The notes beneath the pieces are model-generated. The model had not been told where the DNA came from, made no database searches, and saw only the letters and a list, made by a program, of their open reading frames with translations. The translations under genes were made by a program, and so were the position numbers. From Macrostomum lignano (Eukaryota), in NCBI GenBank assembly GCA_002269645.1, contig NIVC01003070.1, positions 1 to 64,000 of the forward strand: 64,000 nt of DNA, read 5' to 3'. The number at the start of each line of letters is the position of its first letter. The stretch's first letter is position 1. Of this stretch, positions 37,501 through 49,509 are shown piece after piece.

Positions 37501-40500
37501 GAATGCTCCGGCCTTTGAACAGTTTGTTCACTGTATATCCACCCATCTCAGGCGACAGTCTGTGGTACAGTGGGTAGCCAGTATCGCTGGTCAGCGTCAC
37601 CTGCTGGAACTCCTTCGGAAAGCCCTTGCTGCACTCGCCATTCTCCATGCACGGGCACGCTGGATTGTCCTTGCCGCAGGGGCCATGGATCATGTGCGTC
37701 TTCACCAGCTCATACAGCACAGGCTGCTGCTGTGGGTCCGGAATCTCGGCAGACACGATGTCATCGTATCGGTCCGGAGTCACCCGCTGGCCACTCGCGA
37801 GCCACAGCAGAAAGTGCACATGGGGGAGACCTGGATTATCAAGAAAAGTATCAAGATATCTTTCAATCCAATTATCCAATTTGTATCGAATTTGCATCAC
37901 AGAAACCCACCTATATTTAGTTTCTTTAATAACGATATAACGATATAAATTTCATAAAACTTAATACTCAGACTTGCACTCACCACGCTTTTGGAACTCT
38001 AGCGAACAGACGTGCGCGGCCTCTTTCCCATAGCGCTTGGTCAGCTGGGCCAGCAGAGCTTTCTTCTTCATTTCAAAGACTCGGCTAACAATGTCCGGCC
38101 GGTCTTCTGCCCGCTGTCCAGGCAGAAGCTGAGCGCTGATCTCCGGCCATTTCGGATTGCATGTTGCCGTGACAAACAGGTCCGGCTTACCAAACTTGTG
38201 AACATAGGTCATAGCGTCCTGCAGCCTCTCCATCAGGTACCTTGGCCCGCCAACGAAGCTCGAAGAAGGCTTGCCTATGACACTCGGATCTCTGTCGGTA
38301 GACCTGCCATCAGCTGCAAACAGAGCGTCCCGCAGACCGCTGTATGTCTCGCTGCGCAGGTCCTGCTGATGGGTCCGCAAATACAGCAGCCTCTCTGCCT
38401 CAATCTTGGCACACATGTCCACCAGGTACTGCTGAAATAATCTTCGGCCATAGTGCAGCACACTGAACTGGCCCGCTCGCACCATGATTTCGCTCCCATA
38501 GTACTTCATGGGCGTCAATTTCTTGCCATTACTCATCCGCAACTCTGGGTGCCAGCCGTCCTCGCCATTCGGGAACAGCAGCACATACTCCAGCGGGTCA
38601 TATGAGCGGTGCGTCTCACTGATTCGCTGAGAACCGCAACCACGCAGTTGAATCACGACGTCCCGACTGGCCGGTACGTCCTCATTGTTCTCAACGATCA
38701 GGATACCGACCTCATTTGCCGTAAGCAAGTTGTAGCGCCTGATTTCGAACGGAGTTTGTGGGATAAAAATTCTGTACAAACTGAATCACTTATTACGCTT
38801 GTTTGCGAGTGCGAGTTACAATCAAAATCATAATTTCATTTTACTTTCGCTTTCGTTTACATTTTTAAGCTTCGTTAAAACAAACACTAACTTACCGAAT
38901 GTGTTCCCCAGATGGTCGACGGTCAGGGTGAATCACAATTCGCGCATCTCCCAGCTCCGGGTCTTGGCTAATTCGCTCAGCAGCAGCCTTCAGGCTGCGG
39001 ACATAGCCGTTGCACTCGTGAAGCAGCGTCTGCAGCAGCTCCAGTAGCTCCGGCTTTACCTTCTGGCTGAGACTCTGGCGGCTTTCGAGTTCGCGATCGT
39101 TGAAATACACCTGCCATCCCTGAGCTTCAGCTGAAGCCTCTGCAAACAGCGGCGCCGTGCGGTGATGCATCTGGCCGCTGATGATGAAGCTGGGACACCA
39201 GCCTGGCACAAACCGCAGTTTGGCACCCAGCGAGGTCAGGTGCAGCGCCGAGTTGTAGCTCCTGATGTTGGCCAGGAACGCGGCACTGAATCTGTGCCGC
39301 CCCATGTACAGATCCGCCAGCACTTGAGGCACGGTGCGGCTGGGCAACTTCACCTTACCTTTGGCGCAGCATAAATTCCTGGTTTCTGCCCGCCAGAGTA
39401 GAGCACCGCATTCATTGCATGCCCTATTCATTGGGCCGCAATCATGGGCCGGGGCCTCTGGCCTCGGTATTCTGTCAGGCCTGCGATCGAGTTATATGCA
39501 TGCACAAAATGGTTACTATTGTAACAATATAGACACCCAAAGTTTATAAAATGTAAAATGTAAATATAAAAACTACAATATAAAAAATTACACTGACCAG
39601 CAGCACAAATAAGCCTACCTAATTTGAGCAGATCCTGCATCAGAACGACCCGCACCAAAATGGCCTGAATCGGACAGATCTGCCCTCTGCTCCGTTAAAC
39701 TCGGCGCCTCTGCATCTGCAACGGGCACAGAAACTGGCAGTGGATCAGTCACGCGCAACGACTCACAGTGCTCATGACGTAAAAGGATACGCACAATTGC
39801 AGTGGGTGGCTGCACAGTGGACATGCAGTGCTGCAATACACTGCCATTTGCCTGATAAATAACCAGGTCAACATTGAAAAAGCGGCTTAAAAGTGGCACA
39901 ACTTCATCTGGAACATAGGTGCCCTCAGAAAAAGACTCATTAATTATAGAATCTGCATTCTCCGGTAAAACAAAGCCTTCTTCAATCAATTCTGGCATTA
40001 CCTGCACTGCACGACACGTTAGCTCCTGCCTTAAAGATGCCGCATTAGTCTCAAGCGGAGTGCCCTGCAACTGGTCACAGACTGCATGAAAAAAAGCAAT
40101 TCCCATCACCAGGGATCCGAACAACACTTAGCGTATCGAATGGTACCACAGCTCGTGTGGCCAACTCACCACTACCAAACCTGAAAGATTGAAATTATAT
40201 TTAGAAGACTCTGAAAAGCGTATTGTCACATATAAAAACTCTGAGAAACCAGAAACACATTCTTACAAATACAGATTCTTAGAAACGTTTCTTGCAATTC
40301 AGATTCATAGAAATACAGATTCTTAGAAACACATTCCTATGCAATATCCAATCCAAATATACTAAATCTCTAATATTTCATTTCATAATATTTCATAATA
40401 TTTCATTAATGTTTCATGAGTATAGTGTCATGAGTAAAAGCTTCATAAAACTCACCTGGAAACCGAAGCTCCACGGCGACGAATCTGCTCGGCTTCTAGT

Positions 40501-40865
40501 CGGGCAGCTCGCTCAGCCTCAGTCTCGGCGTCTCTGCGCTGAGCATCCCGCTGCCGTTGCTCTCCCAGTCGTGCAGCTCGCTCAGCCTCAGTCTCGACGT
40601 CTCTGCGCTGAGCATCCCGCTGCCGTTGCTTTCCCAGTCGTGCAGCTCGCTCAGCCTCAGTCTCGGCGTCTCTGCGCTGAGCAACCCGCTGCCGTTCTTC
40701 CTCCAGTCGGGCAGCTCGTTCAGCCTCAGTCTCTGCGTCTCTGCGCTGAGCAACCCGCTGCCGTTCTTCCTCCAGTCGGGCCTCGCGATCAGCCTCTGAT
40801 TCAGCCTGTCGCCGTCGCTTGGCATCGCGACTCTTCTTTAAACTGCTGGCACCGCGTCGAACCAT
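34557..40865 (-). pseudogene. Helitron RepHel gene, 9 exons (40865-40456, 40180-39619, 39480-38896, 38738-37984, 37830-37488, 37412-37107, 37006-35985, 35873-35478, 35319-34557): STPR-like repeats, OTU, Zn ribbon, HUH Rep, Pif1 helicase; four 1-nt frameshifts
   Basis: CNECGALLWRAE..CCAKGKV; PLEYVLLFP; PDLFVTATCNPKWPEI; EFQKRG|LPHVH (HUH); KYVIKYLLK (Y2); DAPAGTGKT (Walker A); IVWDEISM (Walker B); GDFRQLLPV; TIHKSQGQS; FTHGQLYTALSR. Splice phases checked by hand. Confidence 0.93.
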
Positions 40866-41397
40866 ATTTATAGTATTTATAGTATAGTATAGAATACTAA
40901 AAAAGTAATAGTAATAGAATAGTTATAGAATAGTAATAGAATAATAGAATAATAGAATATAGAATGGAATGCTTGAAATGATAGGAGAGTTTTTAGCAGA
41001 TTGAGTTGAATGTCTGAAGAATCAGATATAACCAAACTTAATAGCAAGTTATTTATCAGGTCCTAGAGCTAGGCTATTGTTGTAAATAAAAACTAAAAAA
41101 TCGATAAGACAGATAAAACAGAGTCGGTGTGGGCTCTCCAGTCCATGTGTGTACATTCGGAAGCGGAGGGCTAGAAATGTACACTGGCCTGCCTCAAGAT
41201 TGAGGGGGTAAGGGTTTGGGGTAGGAAGCAAGGTCGGCACAGTCAAGCCCGAATTTCAACTTTTAATTAGTCTCAGGTCTGTGCAATAATATTGGCAGTA
41301 CGAGCAATTATCTAGCTGCCAATGGGGTGCACAGAGCTCTGAAATCACAATCACAAAAAAATCACAATGACAAAAATTATTGATTGAAAATTGATTT

Positions 41398-41812
41398 TTA
41401 CATGACGCTTCTATGATTTTTACATGACGCTTCTATGATTGTTTACATGACGCTTCCATGATTTTTTACATGACGCTTCTATGATTGCTTACATTATACG
41501 CTTCTATGATTGTTTACATTACGCTTCTATGATTGTTCACATGACGCTTCTATGATTGTTCACATGACGCTTCTATGATTTTTACATGACTCTTCTATGA
41601 TTTTTTACATGACGCTTCTATGATTTTTTACATGACGCTTCTATGATTTTTTACATGACGCTTGTATGATTTTTTACATGACGCTTCTATGTACATGACG
41701 CTTCTATGATTTTTTACATGACGCTTCTATGATTTTTTACATGACGCTTCTATGATTTTTTACATGACGTTTCTATGTTTTTTTACATGACGCTTCTATG
41801 ATTTTTTACATG
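41398..41812. repeat. Minisatellite, 22-23-bp unit CATGACGCTTCTATGATTTTTTA
   Basis: Tandem array; reverse-complement copy at 52777-52905. Confidence 0.95.
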
Positions 41813-41871
41813 ACACCTTTAATCCTTTAATTAGTCCTTTAATAAAAGCTTTCAATAAAAAAACATTTCTC

Positions 41872-41932
41872 TACTAAGATTCGAACCCAGGTCGCTACAT
41901 TGGCAGTCCAGTCTGTTCACATCTAGGCTAGC
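41872..41932 (-). mobile_element. tRNA-Gly(GCC)-like SINE-type head
   Basis: Minus strand: TAGCCTAGATG (A box), CTGCCAA loop, GGGTTCGAATC (B box); acceptor stem absent. Confidence 0.45.
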
Positions 41933-42974
41933 TCTTATCGAATTTATAAATGAAATTGTAGCACCTATATAATTCAACACTCACTCACGAAGCAGTTATG
42001 ACATAATCAATTTCCCAGGCAAGTCAGTATCAGTCTCAATTAAATTAAAGTTGACTGAATCAAGTCTGGTGCTACGCAATCTAAATCAAGTCTTGTGCTA
42101 CGCTTTCACACTGCATTTTCAATACTGTGACGCAATTCAAGTCGGAGTTACAATTCAGTAATGATGCAATCTATTTCAGAATCAGAATTCAACCAGTCAA
42201 TTTTTTTCTCTTAGCATTCTTACAATGCATTTCAAGTCGAAAAGTTTGCTTGACCCTTGCAAAAAAGCATGTTTTTTTCGAATATTTAATGCCTTCAGCA
42301 TCGAGCAATTTCTTAGCCAAGACACATGTACCGTCACGGGAAAATTTCTGATTGAACAGTGCAAGTTCGAACAAAATCGGTCCAGCCATTTTTTCTCTAA
42401 TCGATTGCGTACACACAAACAAACAAGCAAGATTTTCATTTTTAGTATATTGGACTAGCCATTTAGCCCCCCTCTGGGGAGCCTTGAAAATGACACCAAT
42501 TGGTTTTTATTTTGGCACAACAGCAACCTTACTATAATTATCCAAATTGTTGATTTCCATTAATCAAAAATTACCTTTTCTCACGTTTGAAAAAATAATT
42601 TGTCATGAATCAGAACTTTCATTAGCCAAAAAGTTTCCTTCATCAGCCCAAAACCCTTTCTCAATCAGCAAATAGTGCTTATCCGTTCAAGCACAAACTC
42701 TTAGGGAATATTGTCACTGGCCGGGGCATATTCTGATCCGCAGCAGGAGCTAAAAATGCAAATCCCTGACGGCCTTAGACCCTCTCTTTTTATTAGCCTA
42801 AATCAAAGAATTAAACCTTTAATAAATGCGCTGGTATTTCCTATTAGCAGAAATCAGCATCACTTCTGTGTACTTTTTCATTATATGAATTACTTGAGCC
42901 GTACTACCTGACTATCTGACAATCGCCCAATAACCTAGTAACCCCCCCCCCCTAAAATTCAGCCATCGTCCATG

Positions 42975-43500
42975 AGCCTTGACATATCAGCAATTCCCCT
43001 GTAAGCCTTGACATCTCAGCAATTCCCCCAGTAAGCCTTGGCATATCAGCAATTCCCCCAGTAAGCCTTGAGATCTCAGCAATTGCCCCAGTAAGCCTTG
43101 ACATCTTTGCAATTCCCCCAGTAAGCCTTGACATATCAGCAATTCCCCCAGTAAGCCTTGAAATCTCAGCTTTCCCCCAGTAAGCATTGAAATCTTAGCA
43201 ATTCCCAGTAAGCCTTGACATATCAGCAATTCCCTTAGTAAGCCTTGAGCTCTCAGAAATTCCCCCCATAAGCTCTGAGATCTCAGCAATTGCCCCCGGT
43301 AAGCCTTGACATCTCAACATCTCAGCAATTCCCCCAGTAAGCCTTGACATCTCAGCAGTTATCCCATTAAGCCTCGACATCACAGCAATTAAACTCGAGC
43401 CTTGACATCACGCAATTCTCCCAGCGCAGTAAGCCTTGACATACCAACAACCCAACTCCCTTTTCCCAAGAATTCAGCAATGCCCTTATAAGCCTTGATA
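42975..43500. repeat. Minisatellite, 30-bp unit CAGCAATTCCCCCAGTAAGCCTTGACATAT (decays to about 44130)
   Basis: Visible tandem array. Confidence 0.93.
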
Positions 43501-44279
43501 ACTCAGCAATTTCTTTATGAGCTTTGTCAACAGAGCGATTCCACAAAGAACTTTGATTATATCTAAACAAGTCTTTAATTAATGGTCACCCTAACCCATA
43601 AGTGAGTCTTGGCGTGTTGGCAATTTCCACCATAAGCCTTGAGCCTCAGCATTAAAGTAACTTCCTCATAAATAAGCTTTGTAATCTGAATTTCACCGAA
43701 AGCCTTGACCTGTCAGCAATTCCCCGTAGTAGAGCCAAAACATTTAAGTTTTCCCCCCAAGAGCATTTAATCTTAGCAACTCCTCGATGGATCATTAATG
43801 ATTGTCACGACGATCGCTCTATAATTGAACCAAAACCATAACCCTTGTAGTAGAATTTCAGCAATTCCCCAATGAGCTTTGGAAATGTTAGCAATTTTTG
43901 AAAATTGAGTGACTAACCTTTTGATATCTTGGCACTTGCATTTCAACAATTAATTTCAGCAATTTCACAAATGATACTTGAAATCAAAGCAATTCTCCCC
44001 AGAATGACATAATTATAGCAATTCCCCCTGAGCCTTGAGATCTTATAAATTCTACCGTGAGTCTTGATATCACAGCAATTTCCCATACCAGCATTATGCT
44101 CGTAGCAATAGTCTTAGCAGTCTTAACAGTCTAAGCAATTCCCGATGAGACTTTTACGTTCGACAGGGCGCTTCATTTATGATTGATATGATGATTCTTG
44201 TTCGCTTTTTCTTGCGTTGCGTTTTCTTCTCTTAAAAAGTTTTTATTAAAAAAATTAAAATATTTACCATAGCCTTCTG

Positions 44280-44640
44280 CAGTTTAGCAATGGTTCACCA
44301 GCATTTCAGCAATGTTCACCAGCATTTCAGCAATGGTTCACCAGCAGTTTAGCAATGCATCACCAGCATTTCAGCAATGGTTCACCAGCATTTCAGCAAT
44401 GATTTACCAGCATTTCAGCAATGGTTCACCAGCAGTTTAGCAATGCTTACACCAGCAGTTTGCATTAGCTATGGTTCACCAGCATTTCAGCAATGCTTCA
44501 CCAGTAGTTTAACAATGCTTCACCAGCAGTTTAGCAATGGTTCACCAGCAGTTTAACAATGCTTCACCAGCAGTTCAGCAATGGTTCACCAGCAGTTTAA
44601 CAATGCTTCACGAGCAGTTTAGCAATGATTCACCAGCACT
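44280..44640. repeat. Minisatellite, 22-bp unit AGCAATGGTTCACCAGCAGTTT
   Basis: Visible tandem array. Confidence 0.92.
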
Positions 44641-46179
44641 GTTTTGCACAATCAGTGAGCAGATGGCCACTAATCTTTGCTTATTGCCATATTGCTTCTG
44701 GATAATCGAAACCATATGAAATGCTTTGTTAACTTGCAGGTTAAAGTTGATTTGTAATCCCCTTACATATTTATTATTTTATTTTATACATCAGATTAGC
44801 ACTGCTCTCCCCGATTAGCGCTGCTTTTAAAGCTTAGCGTAGCCCCAGCAAAAGTATCTAAAAAATGAAAATGCCAAAAATTTGCATGAATCCTCATAGG
44901 AAACAATGATTATTGTCACAAAGATAAATTCGCTGCTTTAATACAGACTCGAACTGCCGACCTTCTGCTAAAAGCCTTATACTATTCAAGAAGTTTAGTA
45001 ACTTCGGCAGTTACTAAAACTTCTAATTCAAGATTCAAGATTCAAACTAAATTCAAGAAGTTTAGTAACTTCGGCAGTTTGAAGGTAACCCCCCCCCCCC
45101 CCAGAAAACGGCAGTTATCTCCACAACATCCTGAAATTAGCTATCACTTCTAATCCCACAAACAGACTGCAGTCATACTCTTAGCAGCCTGCAGATATCC
45201 ACTGTGCCGTCTACAACTTTCATTAACATCAGCAAACTACAATACTTCACTCAGCAGCCCGCAGTTATCCACTCAACAACTTGCACTTAATTCTTCACAG
45301 CTATTATCCACTTTAAACTCTGTAGATAGTAATCCCCTCAACAGTTTGCTGCTATGCACTCATAAGTGTGGAGGAACTACCTCAGCAGTTTGTTCCATTT
45401 TTCCCTTTGCAATCAATCTGCAGTTCCCCTCAGCATCTTCTGTTCTCCTTTCCAATAATCTTCCAATCTTCCAATAATCTAAAAATGTGCTCAGCATTAA
45501 CGGCTCACTAAAAAATTTTCAGTACATATCGGCATTCTTAAAAAGCTCAAAATTTAGCAATACCTTTAAGCAATTTTCACAGCATGGTCTGCAGTTTAAT
45601 AGCAATTTCATACTTCATGGTGCGAGGCAGTACTCGTTGATGGGATCAGTAATACACGAAGCAGTTTTTAAAAATCAAATTTGATAAGTGGCTTGTGCCA
45701 AGTAGCAAAAATTATTTGCTAATTAATAAAAAATGTTGCAATTAAAATTAAAAAAAAAATGTTATATTTAGTCGAGTCACAAGCTACAAATGAATGAATT
45801 TACTTAATTATCCACCAGGGAGGCGGACTCGAACCTTGGACCTTACGCCTAGCCTAAACCTAGTCCTAGTGCCTACACTGCGGCTATTCCGCCTACTGAT
45901 GGAAGGGCGCAAAAATCAGACATATATGCTTCAGCACTGCAGTCAAATACATAGCAGTGATAGCCTGCTCAGTGTGCACAGTTTTGGTGCTGGCAGAGCC
46001 ATTGCACAGTTAAGTAAATCTCTCAATTTCAATACTTTTAAAATGCACTGGCTGATTTCTCTCTCCCTCCAGAGTTCCTGCGCAATGCTTGGCACACTGC
46101 CTCCAGCTGAAAATCTCAGAGTCAGTTTATAGCGAGAATATGCAGTACGCAGTTGTGGCGCAATCATTTAGAATTGGAA

Positions 46180-47641
46180 TTCAGACAGTCAAGAATTCAA
46201 CGCTGCTTGGCCTTCCATTAAAAGCATTTAGATAAACTTGTTTTTCGAATATTTAATACCTTTAGCATTGAAGCAGATTAAAGAAATTTTAGCTGTCCTC
46301 TTTCCAGATAATTACAAAACTTTTGGCGAAAACGCGATCAGAATTGGTCAAGAATTGCAGTCTGTAGAGCGTTACGAAAAACAGATCTTTGACGCTTAAA
46401 GAGCTCGCTGCTAGCCTCCAGAATAATTTTATTTTTGACCCCTGGTATGGTTGCGCAATTTAAATAGAGTAATTATCTGGGCAGTGGGGCCCATGAGTTT
46501 TCTGATCAGTTCGCTCTGGCGCAATCAATTAAAATTGGCAGTGAAGTTTCTGGCTGATAAAATTTGCATTGAAAAAGGCCATTTAAAACAGTTTTTCGAA
46601 TATTTAATCCCTTTAGCATTGAAGCAGCTACAAGAAATTTTAACCATACAATCCCAGGCTGATTAGAAATCTTTTGGCGAAAACGCGATCAAAATCGGTG
46701 AAGAATTGCAATCTCTAGAGCGTTATGGACAAGCAAGCAAGCAAGCAAGCATACAAATATTAGAGAATTCAAGCATACAAACCTTAGAGATTTAGTATAT
46801 TTAGATTTTAACCGTCTTCTTTCCAGACAATTTTGCATCTTTTGGCGAAAACGCGATCAAAATCGGTGAAGAATTGCTCGCTCTAGAGCGTTATGGACAT
46901 TCAAGCAAGCATACAAACCTTAGAGATTTAGTATATTTAGACTAGCTAATTAGAGCTGGCTGCCAGCAGCCAGAATAATTTTTTATTGCCCCCCTTTAAG
47001 TGGGGTCCAGTGAGTTTTCTTATCAGTTGGCTCTGGCGCAATCAATTAAGATTGACTGTGAAGTTTCTCGCTGATAAAATTTGCATTGAATTCGCCCATT
47101 TAAAACTGTTTTTTCGAATATTTAATCCCCTTAGCATTGAAGCAGATACAAGAAATTTTAACCATACAATCCCAGGCTGATTACAAATCTTTTGACGAAA
47201 ACGCGATGAAAATCGGTGAAGAATTGCAATCTGTAGAGCGTTATGGACAAGCAAGCAAGCATACAAATATTAGAGATTTAGTATATTTAGACTAGCTAAT
47301 TAGAGCTGGCTGCCAGCAGCCAGAATAATGTTTTTATTGCCCCCCTTTAAGTGGAGCGGAGTGAGTTTTCTTATCAGTTGGCTCTGGCGCAATCAATTAA
47401 GATTGGCAGTGAAGTTTCTGGCTGATAAAATTTGCATTGAAAAAGGCCATTTAAAACAGTTTTTCGAATATTTAATCCCTTTAGCATTGAAGCAGATTAA
47501 AGAAATTTTAACCGTCTTCTTTCCAGACAATTTTGCATCTTTTGGCGAAAACGCGATCAAAATCGGTGAAGAATTGCGATCTCTAGAGCGTTATGGACAA
47601 GCATTCAAACATACAAACCTTAGAGATTTAGTATATTTAGA
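46180..47641 (-). mobile_element. Tandem array of a 350-bp non-autonomous Helitron
   Basis: Minus-strand unit: 5' TCTAAATATACTAAATCTCTAA ... hairpin CTGGCTGC-TG-GCAGCCAG, 10 nt, CTAG 3'. Junctions at 46941/46942 and 47291/47292; outer 5' end A|TC at 47641. Confidence 0.88.
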
Positions 47642-47944
47642 TAGATAGATAGAAGATTATATATTATTATTTATTAGAAGATTAGAAGAAGAAGATAGAT
47701 TAGATAGAAGATAGATTGGAGGACAATTTAGCATTCAATATCTTACCCAGCCAGCTGGCCGGCCAGCAGCTGGGCCTGCGCCAGCTGTAGTTGGGCGACA
47801 GTGTGGATCTGGAAATAAATTAATATTTACACAAAAATAAGGTTGCTGAATTTAATTCTGACTAATGTCCTAGTGCCTGTCCATCAATCTGAAAGCTCAG
47901 TACACAGAGTGACTTATTCTAGCTTGAGATTCTGTCTGTGTCTG

Positions 47945-48350
47945 AGATCTGCGATCGGGAATCTGAGATCTTGGATCTGGAACCTGAAATCTGGAATCTG
48001 AGATCTGGGATCTGAGATCTGGGATCTAGAACCTGAAATCTGGAATCTGAGATCTGGGATCTGAGATCTGAGATCTGGGATCTGAGATCTGGGATCTGAG
48101 ATCTGGGATCTTGGATCTGGAACCTGAAATCTGGAATCTGAGATCTGGGATCTGAGATCTGGGATCTGAGATCTGGGATCTAGAACCTGAAATCTGGAAT
48201 CTGAGATCTGGGATCTGAGATCTGAGATCTGGGATCTGAGATCTGGGATCTGAGATCTGGGATCTGAGATCTGGGATCTGGGATCTGGAACCTGAAATCT
48301 GGAATCTGAGATCTGGAATCTGAGATCTGGGATCTGAGATCTGAGATCTA
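47945..48350. repeat. Heptamer-based satellite (GATCTGA/GATCTGG)
   Basis: Visible tandem array. Confidence 0.95.
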
Positions 48351-48829
48351 GATAGCAAAGATATATATATAGAAATGATTTAGAGAGCAAATGCACGTAC
48401 TAATTGTTCCCTCTTGCGGACGCGGGCCCAGCGGCGGCCCGCCCGCTTTTTAACTGCCTCCGCCTCCGCCGGAGCCGCTGCCTCTGCCTCTGCCGGAGCC
48501 GCTGCCTCCGCCTCCGCCGGAGCCGCTGCCGCTGCCTCCGCCGCCTCCACCTCTACGGCCCAGTCAGAATTCGTGCCCCGCTATGGGGCTGGGGCCCTTT
48601 TTCTCTTTTTCAGATTTTTTTTGCTCATTGCTGCAAATGATTACAGAAATTCTATTAACTTTCGAAATTTGTATTTCCAAATATACTAGAGGGAGTTGGA
48701 GTCGTGGGAGTTCTAATACACAGTTATTTTCATAAGAAAACAAGAAAATATTAAGAATATATATGCATAATATAAGCAATGACTGTTATTTTTTGTATAG
48801 AATCCCGGGATTCAGGCTTAATCGAAATC

Positions 48830-49185
48830 AAAATCTGGGATCTAAGATCTTATAATCTGGGATCTGAGATCTGGGATCTGGGATCTAAGATCTTATAATC
48901 TGGGATCTGAGAGCTGGGATCTGGGATCTAAGATCTTATAATCTTGGATCTGAGATCTGGGATCTAAGATCTTATAATCTGGGATCTGAGATCTGGGATC
49001 TGAGATCTGATATCTGAAATCTGGGATCTGAGATCTGAAATCTGGGATCTGAGATCTGAAATCTGGGATCTGAGATCTGAAATCTGGGATCTGAGATCTG
49101 AAATCTGGGATCTGAGATCTGAAATCTGGGATCTGAGATCTGAAATCTGGGATCTGAGATCTGAAATCTGGGAGATCTGGAATCT
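48830..49185. repeat. Same heptamer family with a 21-bp higher-order unit CTGAAATCTGGGATCTGAGAT
   Basis: Visible tandem array. Confidence 0.95.
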
Positions 49186-49509
49186 AAGTTGTTATATACT
49201 AACTGTGATTGTTGGCCAACCGTGTTTTTGTAAACAGGGTTGTTGTCTCTCCTGCACCACGTAGAGGTCATCACAACGCAGGAGTGGGGATCTGGATGTA
49301 TGCAAAGTGATAATAATTACCCCAGCAAAGTATACAGAATTGAATTGCAAAGTGGGCAAAGTCACAGCAGTGAACCAGATCTTCTGCCACAGCTTTTTTT
49401 GCAAAGCGGCCAGTCTTGCAAAGAGACTGAGGATTGCTACTGTATAAAATCAGTAAAGTTTAAAACAGATACTTTTTGGCTTTTAATTCGAATAAATATA
49501 AATACATGC

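Larger units (their letters stand above)
32677..42454 (-). mobile_element. Autonomous-type Helitron (3' end certain, 5' end tentative)
   Basis: Minus-strand 3' end: CCCCAACGGGGG hairpin, then GTAGATTG-CTAG|T at 32677. RepHel gene inside. Nearest Helitron-type 5' terminus is TCCAATATACTAAAAATGAAAATC...GGCTGGACCGATTT at 42454, but 41315-42454 could be a separate non-autonomous element. Confidence 0.85.

Noticed and set aside
37364-38440. Plus-strand ORFs antisense to the Helitron Rep
   Set aside because: Shadow frames of a GC-rich TE ORF; the same applies to antisense ORFs over mariner and Gypsy.
42610-42660. Minimal hammerhead ribozyme (CTGATGA...GAAAC on the minus strand)
   Set aside because: No stem II and no cleavage-site helix can be formed.
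44945-45860. tRNA genes (B-box-like GTTCGAGTC motifs at about 44950 and 45830; also 23389 and 41872)
   Set aside because: No complete cloverleaf or acceptor stem; treated as SINE-like relics.
47914-49274. 160-aa, 110-aa and 100-aa repetitive ORFs
   Set aside because: Translations of the heptamer satellite.
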